This document shows, in pieces, positions 62,201-64,000 of a DNA stretch of 64,000 nucleotides. Within the stretch, counting starts at the first letter, position 1, and each line of letters starts with the position of its first letter. This stretch comes from Hypanus sabinus (lineage: Eukaryota), in contig NC_082731.1 of NCBI RefSeq assembly GCF_030144855.1, positions 25,234,001 to 25,298,000 on the forward strand, read 5' to 3'. The notes below the pieces were generated by a model. That model saw only the letters and a program-made list of their open reading frames with translations. It was not told the origin of the DNA and made no database searches. The position numbers were made by a program, and so were the translations under genes.

Positions 62201-64000
62201 CTTCTATTTGCACCATAACGATTGCAAATAGAATTTTCGTGTTGAAGTAATGATTTGCATGCTGTTGTTTTTTTTTTAAGTCCAATTTACAGCTTTCATA
62301 GTGCACGTCAGGATCCCTTTGGCGTTGCCAGAAAACATAAAGATAATTTGTGACAATGAAGTAACGAAGCCGAGTAACTGTACTCAAAACTCAGAAGTGA
62401 CTGCGAGCTATCCACACCAGTCTTTATAATTTTACTTCTACTTTCAGTTTGAGCTCGTGTCATGAACTACCACAATACTGTCCCGCAGGCGCCAGAGGAG
62501 ACAACTCGTCTTCCGTCTGGTCAATTTTCTACCTTTCAGAGGCAACGACTAATACGTATCTTTACCCAACTCACCTTGCTTTACTTTCCTTCTTGATCTT
62601 TTCTTCGCTACTGGAACGGCATCTGTGGTGCGTGATGTGCTGCAGTGTATTTTGTGTTGATGGTTGACATGCTAAATGGACCGTGTGATAGTGAGCACCA
62701 TAAGGCTGAATTTCGGAAATGAAAACTGCAGGTATAAATATAAACAACTCCAAATATATGAAGCCTAAATGCAGTGCGACGTTGTGGAAGATTGCGTATT
62801 CTCAATTCCTCTCGCTATCAGTTTGAATTCACGAGTTCGCGACAACACATAAAACAACTTGCCAAAGCTTCATTCTATCCCTGGCCATCGGTTGACTCGA
62901 TTATACTGCCTCCTATGTTAATGTATGATGTTTCTCTCTCTCTCTTAAGTACGAGTATAACGAAGGAGATACTTCTCTCTTTTACTTGGAACACGGAGAT
63001 CTCTCATGGTGTTTGGTATTGTGAGGTTTAGGAGATTATCATACATGTTTATGTGTTGGTATAGCCGTTTAATGCTACAGTTTATTTAGTTTCTTTGTTT
63101 TTTTTTTATTTAATGATTTATAAATGTTATGTGTGTTTGAAAGCCTATATCTATGAAGTACGTTAATCCTGCTTGCTTATCCGGTAATACAATATCTGCA
63201 AAGACATTATGAATGATCATATCAGTAAAGGGGTTATACATCCCGGCCTTAGCAATTCTTTCCCTTGCTAACAAGCAGATCACACTTCAGCATGTGTTTC
63301 GCATACTTAGCGCACCGTGCAGAGACCTGTAAAACAATAAACGCAGGTTGCGATGGTCATTTGAGCAACTGGTGCATATCAATGTTCTTGGCTATGTGAC
63401 ATTTGAGGTCATGAAGACATTTGCTGAAGAATATAGATTTTAACTGGCGTCTCCCGTATTCCAAAGTATCTGCTCTGAAGAATTCAATGACAAACCACTT
63501 CTGAAGAAAATTATCCAACAGCAAATATGATCATGAGATCATGATCACATATCAGATACTGAAGACGATAAACGTAGAAATAGGTTGGTCAGGAAATAAT
63601 TTACAAAAATCTAACTGTAAAACGCGATCAGGCTTTGTATCTCTAGTAAGATATGGTCTCTTTAATTATATTGCATTTTCAATCAAGATCAAGATGAATG
63701 ATGCTTCACACTCGACCCTCCCTGAGTAAGCAATCGGATGTAGTTATATTCCTTCACGATGCTGTAATTTTGTGCATTTTCTTTAGTTTCTTATGGCATT
63801 TTCTGCATTTAACATCATGGATTTGTTTATATTTTAATGTGTTTTGATATATTTTGAGTTAATAATCTGCTCCTATATTGCCATAAGGAACCACTGTGTA
63901 TCTGTGTAGAGGCCTCAAACTTTGCAACATGTGTTTGACGCATTCCTCTCGAAAATTAGACTGATCCGTTTGCCATTCGTTGAGAATATATCCTTACAAC

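Larger units (their letters stand above)
36100..64000 (+). repeat. Segmental duplication unit B
   Basis: Paralog of unit A carrying different TE insertions; continues past the window end. Confidence 0.9.

Noticed and set aside
1-64000. CRISPR arrays, tRNA/rRNA genes, prokaryotic operons, TCR constant exons
   Set aside because: None seen. The sequence is eukaryotic, B-box-like motifs belong to SINE relics, and no C-domain exon or FGxG-type TCR J was found.

Overview
Vertebrate genomic DNA from a cartilaginous fish (inferred from the antigen-receptor genes and the CR1, Penelope and V-SINE repeats). It is part of the TCR alpha/delta locus and holds two apparently intact NAR-TCR cassettes, both on the + strand (13420-16512 and 55768-59271). 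Each cassette reads: leader exon, IgNAR-type V, 23-RSS, 12-RSS/D/12-RSS, 23-RSS, J, then a phase-1 intron to a leaderless supporting TCR-delta V with a 23-RSS. The cassettes lie in paralogous units of an old tandem duplication (about 36-42 kb period, flanks roughly 80-85% identical by eye) that later took different insertions: CR1 LINEs, a Gmr1-type Gypsy LTR derivative and a Rex/Babar fragment. No TCR-delta J or constant exons are visible. NAR-TCR itself is a known system. The main unexplained feature is a second good 23-RSS 16 bp behind each supporting-V RSS, preceded by an 8-bp D-like segment and conserved in both cassettes. Three N-gaps lie in the second unit. All identities and counts are hand estimates.
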